This document shows, piece by piece, positions 46,810-57,633 of a stretch of DNA of 64,000 nucleotides. Position numbers and translations under genes: made by a program. Numbering within the stretch: position 1 is the first letter of the stretch; the number at the start of each line of letters is the position of its first letter. The DNA comes from Nitrosopumilus sp. (GTDB lineage Archaea > Thermoproteota > Nitrososphaeria > Nitrososphaerales > Nitrosopumilaceae): the NCBI GenBank assembly GCA_965219345.1, contig OZ244732.1, positions 1,807,225 through 1,871,224 on the forward strand. Direction: 5' to 3'. The notes under the pieces were generated by a model. The model ran no database searches, was not told the DNA's origin, and worked only from the letters and a program-made list of their open reading frames with translations.

Positions 46810-46978
46810 TTTCGCCAAATATTTTTTCAATATTTGTCATTTCGTCACATGAAGCACATTTTGAGGATTCGGCAAATAAAATATCACCTTCGGTAAACTT
46901 TCTTTTTCTCAACATTCCACATTTTGTACATTTTTCAACAGTATATGCAATAGTGATTTTTTTCTTAGAGAACATCAT
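46796..46978 (-). CDS. small zinc-ribbon protein
   Basis: CTKC...CASC; overlaps DUF1512 stop. Confidence 0.7.
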   Translation of the reverse strand: MMFSKKKITIAYTVEKCTKCGMLRKRKFTEGDILFAESSKCASCDEMTNIEKIFGETMEQ

Positions 46979-48108
46979 TGAGGCACTCCAGCAGTGTTAC
47001 CCACACCAATTATTACTACAGATTGACCTTGTTGGGTGTTTTCTTGAATCATCTCATCAACTTGTAAACGCACATTATCCGATTGATTAGCAATTTCTTG
47101 TGTCATCAAGGTTATTGCTTCCTTGACCGATTGTTTAACCACTATTGAAAAGACTGGGATGTCATTATTAGTTGCAATTGCTTCAATTTGAAATCTCTCA
47201 ACTCCAATTCCACCAATCGCAGCACCAAAGCCTTGGGCAACAGATGCAGAGTCTTCACCTTCCATTTTTAATGCAGCATCAATCATAATTATTGCATCAA
47301 TTTTGTTGCTAGAAACAATTGTTTCTAATGCATCTGCTGGTCTACCTACAGTAGGACTTGGCCCTTCCGCTTTTAAAAGAAACAATTTCCTAGTCTCAAA
47401 TTCAGTTTTTGCGAGAACAGTTTGAAATGCAACTGTTTCTTTTTCACATTCCAACATCATTTTTCCAACAACCATTGGACCAATTCCATCCCCAACAGGT
47501 TGTCCCACTTTAAATGCAGGAATTGCTTCTTTCATCGCCTCGGCTTGTTCCATTACAAAAGGGAGAATCATTTGTAAAGGTAGAATTAATGGATAATTGT
47601 TTTGTTTTTTTGCAGTCAAAAACATGTGATTAACTATTTTGTAAATCATTTGTAATGAAGAAGCTATTTCAAGTATAGTTTGTACTTTGGTTAATTCTAT
47701 ATCACTGATTTCGGGAAAAAGTGATTTTACATGTTCTCTAGTATAATCTTCTCTTGACCTAACAGTATGTCTAACCTTGTCAACTATACCAGTAGGATCC
47801 ATATCAACAGGCATTATAGTAAAGTAATCCAAAAATTGGTCGATTTTTTTTAGCGGGTTATCTTTGGGTTTTAAATTTTTTGTAACATAATCAATTAGTT
47901 CTTTTCTTGATTCGTTTTTAAAACCATCAAGTTTTTTTATTCCTTTTTTGATTTCACCAGAAGTAATGTAAAGTTGAATTCGTTGCCCATAAAATACAAA
48001 GAGAATTATCGGAATTATCCAGATCAGCATCATTATTGGATTTGTATCATCACTCATTGCAAACAGTTGATCAAAATCCAAATTTGTAAAGTTCACTAAA
48101 CTCAGCAT
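46975..48108 (-). CDS. DUF1512 family protein
   Basis: PVGDGIGP, IDAALKMEGE, GVGNT. Confidence 0.85.
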   Translation of the reverse strand: MLSLVNFTNLDFDQLFAMSDDTNPIMMLIWIIPIILFVFYGQRIQLYITSGEIKKGIKKLDGFKNESRKELIDYVTKNLKPKDNPLKKIDQFLDYFTIMPVDMDPTGIVDKVRHTVRSREDYTREHVKSLFPEISDIELTKVQTILEIASSLQMIYKIVNHMFLTAKKQNNYPLILPLQMILPFVMEQAEAMKEAIPAFKVGQPVGDGIGPMVVGKMMLECEKETVAFQTVLAKTEFETRKLFLLKAEGPSPTVGRPADALETIVSSNKIDAIIMIDAALKMEGEDSASVAQGFGAAIGGIGVERFQIEAIATNNDIPVFSIVVKQSVKEAITLMTQEIANQSDNVRLQVDEMIQENTQQGQSVVIIGVGNTAGVPQ

Positions 48109-48201
48109 TTGCCAGATCTAAATTAAATCATTCGTCCTAGTCTCCACAAAGCAAAACAGTGGCGAGTGCTTTTATTATAGTTCAGAGAGAAAAAACCAAA
48201 T

Positions 48202-48762
48202 ATGCCACAAACAAAACCTATCGTAAGCATAGAAAATGTTGTTGCATCAGCTGATGTAGGTCAAAAGATGGACTTGAATGAGATCACTAGAACATTTCCA
48301 GGTGTGGAGTATCATCCTGATCAATTTCCAGGCCTAGTTTTTAGATTAAAGACTCCAAAAACTGCAACGTTGATTTTCACTTCAGGTAAAATGGTATGTA
48401 CGGGTTCCAAATCTTCAGATTTGGCAAGAAAGGCAGTAAAAACAGTTGTACAAAAACTTCGCAAGGGAGGGATTCCAGTAAAAAAGGATGCTACTGTAAC
48501 AATTCAAAATATTGTAGCTTCAATCAATCTAGGTGGAAGAATTCATCTGGAACAAGCAGCAAGAACATTACCTAGAAGTATGTATGAACCAGAACAATTT
48601 CCAGGGCTTATCCATAGAATGTTAGACCCAAAGACAGTAATTTTGTTATTTTCGTCAGGAAAACTTGTTTGTACAGGTGCTAAAAAAGAGCCAGATGTTT
48701 ACAGGTCTGTAAACAACTTACATGCATTGCTGGAAGAAAAAGAACTAATGATTTATGGATAG
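48202..48762 (+). CDS. tbp: TATA-box-binding protein
   Basis: Two repeats IENVVAS..QFPGL..SGKMVCTG. Confidence 0.97.
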   Translation: MPQTKPIVSIENVVASADVGQKMDLNEITRTFPGVEYHPDQFPGLVFRLKTPKTATLIFTSGKMVCTGSKSSDLARKAVKTVVQKLRKGGIPVKKDATVTIQNIVASINLGGRIHLEQAARTLPRSMYEPEQFPGLIHRMLDPKTVILLFSSGKLVCTGAKKEPDVYRSVNNLHALLEEKELMIYG

Positions 48763-48764
48763 TC

Positions 48765-49094
48765 CTATTTGATAGGACTTCCTAAAGGAATATCTTCATT
48801 CACTGTCAACCAAAATGGTTTATCGTCAACATCAGCTGCCAATAACATTGCATTTGATTCAACACCTGCCATCTTTTTTGGTTCTAGATTTGCAATCACA
48901 ATAACAGTTTTTCCTACAATATCTTCAGGTTGATAATATTGAGCACCTCCAATAATCACATCTCGTTGATCATCATTTCCCAGATCAATCCTTCCTTTGA
49001 TAATCCTGGATTTTCCTTCGATTGGTTCGGTTGCAATAATTTTTGCAACTCTAATGTCTAGTTTTGCAAAATCATCATAGGATACATTTGTCAT
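48765..49094 (-). CDS. tRNA-binding OB-fold protein (Trbp111/CsaA)
   Basis: DFAKLDIRV, NLEPKKMAGVES. Confidence 0.9.
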   Translation of the reverse strand: MTNVSYDDFAKLDIRVAKIIATEPIEGKSRIIKGRIDLGNDDQRDVIIGGAQYYQPEDIVGKTVIVIANLEPKKMAGVESNAMLLAADVDDKPFWLTVNEDIPLGSPIK

Positions 49095-49133
49095 AACAAA
49101 TCCTAATTTTTCCTGTTAAAATGAATTTCGAAT

Positions 49134-49355
49134 TTATTGGAGGTCGTTTTTGTCTAATCCACTTGTTTCAATTTCATATTTTAGAGCAGCAGGAAGTTCC
49201 ATGTACTTTTTGTTAACTAGTACAATAATTTGATCTTCTGGAACATTGACTTTTTTTAACAATTTACCTCGTTGATGAGCGTAAGCATTTTTCCAAAACC
49301 CATTACCATCAAAAGTTTCAATTTTTGGCATATATTTTGAGGGTTTCATTTTCAT
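49134..49355 (-). CDS. hypothetical protein
   Basis: 73-aa ORF co-oriented with neighbour. Confidence 0.65.
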   Translation of the reverse strand: MKMKPSKYMPKIETFDGNGFWKNAYAHQRGKLLKKVNVPEDQIIVLVNKKYMELPAALKYEIETSGLDKNDLQ

Positions 49356-49503
49356 TCAAATTTTAATTGACTGTGATGGAAGAATGGCAAATGCCATTGG
49401 AACTGGAGTTACTGTTCCGGATTTTAGGCATGTTGCCCACCACAGTCTATTGAAATAAAATAGTATTCTAATATATTTAATGCGGAATGAATGTTCGTAG
49501 AAC

Positions 49504-49920
49504 ATGGCAACAATTGAGGTTGAAGTAGAAATCAATGCTACAGTTGACAAAGTTTGGGATGTTATTTCAGATATTGACAATGAACCAAAATTTTGGAAAG
49601 GAACTAAACAAGTCAAAAACCTATCCAAAGATGGAAACAAAGTCAATAGAGAGATCACAATTGCATTTAGAGATCAAAAATGCCTGCAAGAAGTAGTACT
49701 CCAACCTAAAGAAAAGATACATGCAAAATTCACAAAAGGGATCATAAGTGGAGAAAAAATCATATCACTTTTTCCTAAGGATGAGAAAACCATACTTTGC
49801 ACAGTGTGGGACATAAAACTAACAGGTATGATGGGAATGTTTACAGGCATGATTAAAAAACACATCAAAAGTGGTACTGAGCAAGCAATGCAAAGTATCA
49901 AAGAAGAAGTCGAGAGATAA
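49504..49920 (+). CDS. SRPBCC/polyketide cyclase family protein
   Basis: INATVDKVWDVISD..PKFW. Confidence 0.85.
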   Translation: MATIEVEVEINATVDKVWDVISDIDNEPKFWKGTKQVKNLSKDGNKVNREITIAFRDQKCLQEVVLQPKEKIHAKFTKGIISGEKIISLFPKDEKTILCTVWDIKLTGMMGMFTGMIKKHIKSGTEQAMQSIKEEVER

Positions 49921-49924
49921 ATTC

Positions 49925-51133
49925 ATGGAATTAATTATTGATGTTTTCAACTATTCATTAACTGCAATTTTGATTGGGGTTTGCGGATCTTGGATATTTC
50001 TTATCAAATCAATGGTTAATTCATTTAAATTTACACCATATCTTGACAAATTTGAAAATACTTCTAAATCATTTCCCAAGGTTTCAATAATTCTTCCAGC
50101 AAGAAATGAAGAAGTATTTATTGGTAAATGTTTAGACTCGTTAACTAAACAAGACTATGAAAAATATGAGATTATAGTAATTGATGATTCATCTGATGAT
50201 GCAACATATAAAATAATTTCAGAATATGCAAAAAAATATTCTAAAATAATTCCAGTTTCTGCGAGACCTAAACCAGAAGGGTGGATGGGTAAAAACTGGG
50301 CATGTATGGAAGGATATAGAAAAGCAACAGGAGAACTCTTGTTGTTTACTGACGCAGATACAAATCATTCTAAAAATATAATATCGCTTGCAGTGGCTCA
50401 TTTAATTTCATTTAATTTAGATGCATTATCTGCAATTCCAAAAATGCTTACGTTTGACTTTTTGACCAAGATTACACTTCCAATGATTTCTACATTTTTA
50501 CATACTAGATTTTCAGCATTGAATGTTAACAATCCATCAAAAAAAACAGGTTATTTCTTTGGAAGTTTTTACATCTTGAAAAAAAAGACATACGAAGAAG
50601 TTGGTATGCATGAAGGAGTAAAACAAGAAATTATCGAAGATGGTGCGCTTGGAAAAAAAGTGAAAGAATTAGGATACAAAATGAAGATGGTAAGAGGAGA
50701 ACATCTAATTGATGCTGCGTGGGCTCGAGACAAAAGCACTTTATGGAATGCGCTAAAAAGACTAATGGTTCCACTATACCTTCAAAATGGAAAGATTGCA
50801 ATTGGCATTTTCTTTGCGGTATTATTTTTGTTGTTTGTTCCATTTCCGATATTTGCTGTATCTGCATTGCTACCAATAGAGACCATATCTGCAAATATAC
50901 TTTGTATTACTGCAGCAATTGCTTCAATTCTAATTTACATAGGTGCAATAATTGAGGCAAAAGTTGGACTTGAATTAAGATTTGTTCATGCACTATTTGC
51001 ACCACTAGGTAGTTTGGTAGTAGTTTTAGGATTTTTGGGAGGACTGCTTCAAGCAAAGAGTACATCGGCTGTTACATGGAAAGAGCGAAGCTATTCAATG
51101 AAAGATCATACTCAAAGTTCAATCAAGGTATAG
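49925..51133 (+). CDS. GT2 glycosyltransferase, membrane-bound
   Basis: ILPARNEE, DDSSDD, GWMGK, FTDAD, IEDG. Confidence 0.9.
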   Translation: MELIIDVFNYSLTAILIGVCGSWIFLIKSMVNSFKFTPYLDKFENTSKSFPKVSIILPARNEEVFIGKCLDSLTKQDYEKYEIIVIDDSSDDATYKIISEYAKKYSKIIPVSARPKPEGWMGKNWACMEGYRKATGELLLFTDADTNHSKNIISLAVAHLISFNLDALSAIPKMLTFDFLTKITLPMISTFLHTRFSALNVNNPSKKTGYFFGSFYILKKKTYEEVGMHEGVKQEIIEDGALGKKVKELGYKMKMVRGEHLIDAAWARDKSTLWNALKRLMVPLYLQNGKIAIGIFFAVLFLLFVPFPIFAVSALLPIETISANILCITAAIASILIYIGAIIEAKVGLELRFVHALFAPLGSLVVVLGFLGGLLQAKSTSAVTWKERSYSMKDHTQSSIKV

Positions 51134-51171
51134 CAATCCTTTTACATAGAAAACTGAGAATAAAAAATCTC

Positions 51172-52314
51172 ATGGCTAATTCAGGTATGTTTGTGGGCGG
51201 TGCTGTGGGAGCTATGATTGTTATTATTGTATTTGCAGTACTATTTGTTTCACCACCAGAATCGATTAAACCAGAGATTGTGGTAAGTAATGGTCATACG
51301 CCAAGTACAGTTGGAGAAGTAACTCCAATTTATTCAAAGAGTTTATCATTAATTGAGATTTTTGAAAAATCTGAATCAGGTGTAGTAAGAGTAAATGTTC
51401 AAAGAAATGAAATTGAGGATGTAGCAAATGGGTTAGGTTCAGGTTTTGTTTTTGATAAAAAAGGACACATCATTACAAATGCTCACGTTGTTGATAATGC
51501 AAAAAAGGTTGTAGTTACATTTCTTGACGGAAGATCATATAATGCAGAAATTATTGGGACAGACCAATTTACAGATCTTGCAGTGATCAAAGTCAATGCA
51601 GACTTGACTCTTTTACACCCATTACCACTTGGTGATTCATCTAATCTCAAAGTGGGAGAAGCAATAGCTGCGATTGGAAACCCATTTGGGTTATCAGGTT
51701 CCATGACTTCAGGGATAGTAAGTCAATTAGGAAGATTACTTCCATCAGGTTTAGGATATTCTATTCCAGATGTAATTCAAACTGATGCAGCCATCAATCC
51801 TGGAAATTCAGGAGGACCGTTACTTAACATGAGAGGAGAGATTGTGGGGATTAACACTGCAATTCAATCAGCAACAGGTGAATTTACAGGAGTAGGATTT
51901 GCAATACCATCACAGACTGTTGTCAAAATTATTCCAACCCTAATTGGAAAAGGAGAATACAAACATCCATGGATTGGGATCTCAGGTAGAGACATTGATC
52001 CAGATTTAGCAAAAGTTTTGGGCCTAAAAGATGCAGTAGGATTTTTGATTGTGACCGTTATAGAAAACAGCCCAGCCTCTAAAGCAGGATTAATTGGGTC
52101 TGAAAAAACCATTGAATTTGAAGGGCTCAATTATCCAATGGGTGGAGACATAATTTTAGCAGTAGACGATATTGAAGTTAGACAGATTGACGATATTTTG
52201 ATACATCTTCAAAGAGGAAAAACAGTTGGAGATGAGATGTTTTTAGAGATTTTAAGAGATGGTAGAACAACAGATATCACAATTGTTCTCCAAGAAAGAC
52301 CAAATGGAAATTAG
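51172..52314 (+). CDS. HtrA/DegP-like serine protease with PDZ domain
   Basis: GSGF, TNAHVV, DLAVIK, QTDAAINPGNSGGPL. Confidence 0.93.
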   Translation: MANSGMFVGGAVGAMIVIIVFAVLFVSPPESIKPEIVVSNGHTPSTVGEVTPIYSKSLSLIEIFEKSESGVVRVNVQRNEIEDVANGLGSGFVFDKKGHIITNAHVVDNAKKVVVTFLDGRSYNAEIIGTDQFTDLAVIKVNADLTLLHPLPLGDSSNLKVGEAIAAIGNPFGLSGSMTSGIVSQLGRLLPSGLGYSIPDVIQTDAAINPGNSGGPLLNMRGEIVGINTAIQSATGEFTGVGFAIPSQTVVKIIPTLIGKGEYKHPWIGISGRDIDPDLAKVLGLKDAVGFLIVTVIENSPASKAGLIGSEKTIEFEGLNYPMGGDIILAVDDIEVRQIDDILIHLQRGKTVGDEMFLEILRDGRTTDITIVLQERPNGN

Positions 52315-52353
52315 TTCAATACAAGCATAAATACTTCAAATCAAGAATCTTTT

Positions 52354-53526
52354 TTGTTGAGTAAGCTTATCTTAAATTCTGAGAGTTTAAACAATGTTTT
52401 AGAGAATAAAGCAATTTCTCGTCAAGACATTATGGGAATTTATCAAAATGCAGTGGAAGATTCTAGTGAGCTTTTTTCAGTTGCACAAAATTTGAGAAAA
52501 AAATTTAAAAAAGATTCAGTTACATTTTCAAAAAAAGCCTTTTTTAACGTAGTTAATCTCTGCAAAGATACTTGCTCTTACTGCACATACAAAGCTGAAC
52601 CGGGAGAGAGAAAACTGTCTTTGATGTCAAAACAACAAATATTTGAATTATTACAACTTGCAAAAAAATACAGATGTGTTGAGGCACTTTTTGTTACAGG
52701 TGAACAACCAGAACAGAAATATCAAGAAGCACGAGATTGGTTAAAGGAAAATGGATTCAAATCAACTGCGGAATATCTCATTCATGCATCGGAGCTAGCA
52801 TTAGAATTAGGATTATTCCCACATACAAATGCAGGTAATCTAAATTTTGAGGAGATGAGAGAACTAAAGAAAACAAATGTGTCAATGGGCATAATGCTTG
52901 AAAATGTCAGTGAAAGACTAACAGAAAAAGGAATGCCACATTATTTAGCTGCAAGCAAAAGACCAAAAGCAAGATTACAAGTCTTAGAAAATTCTGGAAA
53001 GTTAGGAATTCCAATGACAACAGGAATTCTTGTAGGTATTGGTGAGACAGTAGAAGAAATTATTGATTCAATTTTAGCAATTAAACAGTTACACCAAAAA
53101 TATGGAAATATTCAAGAAGTAATTTTGCAAAATTTTCAGCCAAAACCAGATACTATAATGAAGAATACACCATCAGCTGATGAAAAATATTTCAAAACAA
53201 TTGTAGCGTTATCAAGAATCATCATGCCAGAGATGAACATACAGATTCCACCAAATCTATCCCCAAAATCATATCAAAGTTTCTTATCAGTTGGAATTAA
53301 TGACTGGGGAGGAATATCACCATTAACTCCAGATTTCGTTAATCCAGAATTTTCCTGGCCAGAAATTAACAAAGTAGATAAAAATTCAAGAAATGCAGGA
53401 TTTGAATTAAAGTGCAGATTCCCAATATATCCTGAATTCTTTTCTTTTGTCAGTAAAGAGTTAAGAGATAAGATGTCAGTTATTGAAAATGGGGAAGGAT
53501 TGGTAAAAGAGAAGTATTGGAGATGA
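52354..53526 (+). CDS. cofG: FO synthase subunit CofG
   Basis: CKDTCSYC, PHTNAG, EVILQNF, QIPPNL, NDWGGISP. Confidence 0.93.
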   Translation: MLSKLILNSESLNNVLENKAISRQDIMGIYQNAVEDSSELFSVAQNLRKKFKKDSVTFSKKAFFNVVNLCKDTCSYCTYKAEPGERKLSLMSKQQIFELLQLAKKYRCVEALFVTGEQPEQKYQEARDWLKENGFKSTAEYLIHASELALELGLFPHTNAGNLNFEEMRELKKTNVSMGIMLENVSERLTEKGMPHYLAASKRPKARLQVLENSGKLGIPMTTGILVGIGETVEEIIDSILAIKQLHQKYGNIQEVILQNFQPKPDTIMKNTPSADEKYFKTIVALSRIIMPEMNIQIPPNLSPKSYQSFLSVGINDWGGISPLTPDFVNPEFSWPEINKVDKNSRNAGFELKCRFPIYPEFFSFVSKELRDKMSVIENGEGLVKEKYWR

Positions 53527-54773
53527 CTAACATAGATTCACTTTTCAAGAATGCAGACCCATTAGTGTCCAAAATCCTAAACAATGCATTATTAGATAAA
53601 GAGGTTTCTGTAGATGATGCTTTAACATTATACAATACAGCAGGGATTGATTTCCATTTAGTAGGACTTGTTGCAGATGAAATTAGAAGGAGAAGAGTCG
53701 GCGATGTTGTGTCATATGTAGTTAATAGAAATATCAATTTCACAAATGTCTGCATCAAGCAATGCGGTTTTTGTGCATTTAGTAGAGATTTTAGAGAAGA
53801 AGAAGGATATTTCTTACCAACTGAGGAGATTGTACGAAGAGCAAAGGAAGCGCACCAATTAGGTGCAACTGAAGTCTGTGTTCAGGCAGGACTGCCGCCA
53901 GATATGGAGGGGGATTTGTATGAAAACATATGCAGAGAAATCAAAAAAGAGATTCCAGATATCCATATTCATGGATTTTCACCTGAAGAGATTCTATATG
54001 GAGCAACAAGATCAGAGGTATCTATTGAAGAATTTCTAAAGAGAATGAAAGAAGCTGGAGTTAATACACTTCCTGGAACATCTGCCGAAATTCTTGATCA
54101 GAAACTCAGAGATAAAATTTCCCCAGGCAGAATCAGTGTAAAAGATTGGGAGAAAGTTATCAAGACTGCCCACAAAATGGGAATCAACACAACATCAACT
54201 ATGATGTTCGGTCATCTGGAAACACCTGAAGATAGAGTGAAACACATTGCAAAACTAAGAGAAATTCAAAAGGAGACAGGAGGATTTACAGAGTTTGTTC
54301 CCTTGAATTTTATTCCTGAGGAAGCACCAATGTACAAGCATCAGTTGCATGAGGGAATTAGACAAGGAGCAAGTGGAAATGATGTTTTGCTCACACATGC
54401 AATTGCAAGAATTATGTTGAATAATTCTATTAACAATCTTCAGATGTCATGGGTGAAAGAAGGACAAAAGATGTCGCAACTATTACTAATGTGGGGGGCA
54501 AACGATTTTGGAGGAACTCTGATCAATGAAAGCATATCAACATCCGCAGGTTCTGAGCATGGTCAGTTATTAAGACCTAAAGAAATAAGGAGAATGGTAA
54601 GAGAGATTGGAAGAATTCCAGCAGAAAGGGATACTACTTATAATATTCTAAAAAAGTTTGACAATGAAAGTGAAAGTGAACTTGACAAAGTTACAGACAC
54701 TTCTCGATTTGGGTCATATGTAGAATTAATTAAAATTAACAAATTCAATTATAAAAATCCAAGGAGAAAATGA
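53517..54773 (+). CDS. cofH: FO synthase subunit CofH
   Basis: NRNINFTNVCIKQCGFC, PGTSAEIL, FTEFVPL, NDFGGTLINESI. Confidence 0.93.
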   Translation: MEMTNIDSLFKNADPLVSKILNNALLDKEVSVDDALTLYNTAGIDFHLVGLVADEIRRRRVGDVVSYVVNRNINFTNVCIKQCGFCAFSRDFREEEGYFLPTEEIVRRAKEAHQLGATEVCVQAGLPPDMEGDLYENICREIKKEIPDIHIHGFSPEEILYGATRSEVSIEEFLKRMKEAGVNTLPGTSAEILDQKLRDKISPGRISVKDWEKVIKTAHKMGINTTSTMMFGHLETPEDRVKHIAKLREIQKETGGFTEFVPLNFIPEEAPMYKHQLHEGIRQGASGNDVLLTHAIARIMLNNSINNLQMSWVKEGQKMSQLLLMWGANDFGGTLINESISTSAGSEHGQLLRPKEIRRMVREIGRIPAERDTTYNILKKFDNESESELDKVTDTSRFGSYVELIKINKFNYKNPRRK

Positions 54774-56132
54774 TTGTCTGCCTTAGACAAGGCATTAAAC
54801 CATTCAAAGAACATAGGAATCAATGAATGTGAAATAGTTGTTGTTAAAAAAAAGATCATTACTGTTAGAATCACAGACTCGGAGATTGCCGAAATTAAGC
54901 AAAATTTTGATGAAGATTATGGCATAAGATTAATTCATGACAAGAAAATTGCGTCAATTGAAACAACTAACCAGCATGAGATAGAAAAAAAAATTGATAA
55001 TGCGTTTAAAACATCGTCAAAACTCAAGACGAGAGGTTTTTGGGGAGGATTGCCACATAGCACAGCCCTCAAACAACTTGATGGGACATTTGATGAAAGA
55101 TTGGAGAAGATTTCCGGTGCAAAAGCAATGGATATCGCACAAAATATGATAAATTCAGCAAATAATGATAAAGTAAATACGATTACAGGATCGCTAAACA
55201 TAGTTTCAGAAAATTTTGAAATAGCAAATTCAAATGGATTACACCTAAATGAAAAGGCCACGTACATTTCAGGAATCATTAACGCAGAATCAGAACATGG
55301 AACCTTGCCAGTATCAGGAATAGGACATGTCAGTGGTAGAACATTATCAAATTTTTCTGCAGAACAAATTGGAAACGATGCAAAAATTATGTGTATTGAA
55401 TCAATTAATCCACAAAAAATTGATTCAGACAGCTATTCTATAATTTTTGAACCATATTCAGTAGGGGAATTATTAGCGTTTGTTGTTGCATCAAATTTTA
55501 ATTTTAAAACATTTACAGAAAAGAAAAGTTGTTTTTCAAATAATTTTGAGAAGAAAATAGCAATGAATCAACTTAGTTTGATTGATGATCCTCACATCCC
55601 AGAAGGTGTTGGAACAAAATCTGTAGATGATGAAGGAGTTGAAACTCAAAAAAGGAATTTAATTGAAAAAGGAATTTTTAAAAATACTTTTTCGAATCTA
55701 TATGATAGCTACAAAGAAGGGAAACAGTCTTCAGGTAATGCATCTAGATCTGGTTCTCCTATGGGAAGAAGTTCTGAACCAATACCAATTTCAGCACCAC
55801 ATAATCTCAAAATAAATCCAGGAGGTATTTCCCAGGAAGACATGATCAAAGATACAAAACATGGATTGTTAGTTGGAAGATTATGGTATACATATGCAGT
55901 AAATCCAATTAAAGGTGATTTTTCATGTACAGCAAGAAGTGGTGTAAGAATTATTGAAAATGGAGAGATAAAGGGACCTGGAAAATCAGTGAGAATAATT
56001 CACAACCTTCCAACTATGTTAAAAAATATTTCAGAAATTGGAAACAATCAAAAAAATGTAATTCAATGGGCATCACTTCCATCTATTGTGCCATCACTGA
56101 AAGCTGAAAATATTATGACAAATTCTATCTAA
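54774..56132 (+). CDS. TldD/PmbA family protein
   Basis: DDPH..DDEGV, SSGNA, GDFS, IENGEI. Confidence 0.9.
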   Translation: MSALDKALNHSKNIGINECEIVVVKKKIITVRITDSEIAEIKQNFDEDYGIRLIHDKKIASIETTNQHEIEKKIDNAFKTSSKLKTRGFWGGLPHSTALKQLDGTFDERLEKISGAKAMDIAQNMINSANNDKVNTITGSLNIVSENFEIANSNGLHLNEKATYISGIINAESEHGTLPVSGIGHVSGRTLSNFSAEQIGNDAKIMCIESINPQKIDSDSYSIIFEPYSVGELLAFVVASNFNFKTFTEKKSCFSNNFEKKIAMNQLSLIDDPHIPEGVGTKSVDDEGVETQKRNLIEKGIFKNTFSNLYDSYKEGKQSSGNASRSGSPMGRSSEPIPISAPHNLKINPGGISQEDMIKDTKHGLLVGRLWYTYAVNPIKGDFSCTARSGVRIIENGEIKGPGKSVRIIHNLPTMLKNISEIGNNQKNVIQWASLPSIVPSLKAENIMTNSI

Positions 56133-56152
56133 ATGCCAAATTCAGGCACAAA

Positions 56153-57088
56153 TTACTTGAAAAACGTGACTGCAAGATATGCAACATAACCAATAATCAG
56201 ACAAACACCCATGACTCTGTGGATAATTCCAGTTTTCAGGGCAATTAGTAACGAGAGACTAAAGATAATCATTATTGCATAATCGACATAAACATCAGAT
56301 GCAATTATCATGCCACCAAGTGTAGCACCAACTCCCATTATCATCAAGATGTTGTAAATATTACTTCCAATAATAGTTCCAATACCAATATCTGTGTGAC
56401 CTTTTCTAATTGCAATTATTGATGTTATTAATTCTGGAAGAGATGTTCCGATTGCAATTACTGTCAATCCAATAATTTTTTCTGATAGTCCAAACTCTTT
56501 TGCTAAAATTACAGCATTATCAACTGTAAGAATTGCGCCAACATACAAAAGCGCAATACCTATTCCAATTAGCCCTATAGATTTTAGACATATATTTTTT
56601 TTACCGTTTTCAGTTTTCGCTTTGTTTTCTCCTCTTTGTTTCATTGCATCTTTGTATGTATAAAATGCAAATACTCCTAATCCACCAAGTAACAGTATTC
56701 CATCGTACTGAGAAAGTTCACCATCAATTGAGAGTAAAACAAGTAGAAGAGATACTCCTAACATGATAAAAATTTCTTTTCGTAAAACAGATTTTTTTAC
56801 TACAAGAGGAACAAGAATTGCAGCTATGCCAATCACCATTCCAACATTTGCAATATTACTTCCAATTACATTTCCTAAAATAATTGCACTGTGTTCTCCT
56901 GCTGCAGCTATACTGGCAGCAAGTTCTGGAGTTGAAGTACCGTACGCTACAATAGTCATTCCAATTACAAGATTACTTATTCGAAATTTTTTTGCAATAC
57001 CAACACCGCCACTGACTAGCCAATTTCCACCAAAACATAACATCACTAGTCCAACTATAGTTAGAATTGCACTTACTACTACTTCCAC
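56153..57088 (-). CDS. Ca2+/Na+ antiporter (CaCA family)
   Basis: GTSTPE / GTSLPE and GSNI repeats. Confidence 0.92.
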   Translation of the reverse strand: MEVVVSAILTIVGLVMLCFGGNWLVSGGVGIAKKFRISNLVIGMTIVAYGTSTPELAASIAAAGEHSAIILGNVIGSNIANVGMVIGIAAILVPLVVKKSVLRKEIFIMLGVSLLLVLLSIDGELSQYDGILLLGGLGVFAFYTYKDAMKQRGENKAKTENGKKNICLKSIGLIGIGIALLYVGAILTVDNAVILAKEFGLSEKIIGLTVIAIGTSLPELITSIIAIRKGHTDIGIGTIIGSNIYNILMIMGVGATLGGMIIASDVYVDYAIMIIFSLSLLIALKTGIIHRVMGVCLIIGYVAYLAVTFFK

Positions 57089-57263
57089 AAAGAACTTTGA
57101 GATTTTGATAGTTTAAAGGAGATTATTCACTATAATTTCACAATTCTAACAATTGCAATAAACCTGAACTCATCTATTGAAATTCAGGTGTAAAAAAATC
57201 AGCTGGATGGATCAACAAAGCTCAAGTTAAAGACTAATAAAGTAATGTACCGTACTATACGGT

Positions 57264-57611
57264 ATGATGCGAACAAGACTAACATACGTACCACTAGAAG
57301 TGGCAGACCAATTCGAGGATTTTATCATACAAAGAGACGAGCAAATACTTGATGCTGTAAAAGCAAGAACGAGAGATTACAGTACACTATCTCTATTGAA
57401 GTTGCTATATCAGCTCAAAGCAAATCCTATGACGTTTACAGATTTGTATTCAAAGTCAAAGATCAGAATGAAAAAGTCATTTTTGAATTATCTACATCTG
57501 TGTGTGGATTACAACTTTATCAGAAAAGAACCAGTAGGACCAAATATGATCTATTCAATTACAGATAAGGGACGAACCATGTTGAATCTCTTTATGCAGA
57601 AAGGTAATTAG
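57264..57611 (+). CDS. winged-helix protein
   Basis: YSITDKGR wing motif. Confidence 0.75.
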   Translation: MMRTRLTYVPLEVADQFEDFIIQRDEQILDAVKARTRDYSTLSLLKLLYQLKANPMTFTDLYSKSKIRMKKSFLNYLHLCVDYNFIRKEPVGPNMIYSITDKGRTMLNLFMQKGN

Positions 57612-57633
57612 ACAGAAAAAATCGACGTAAACT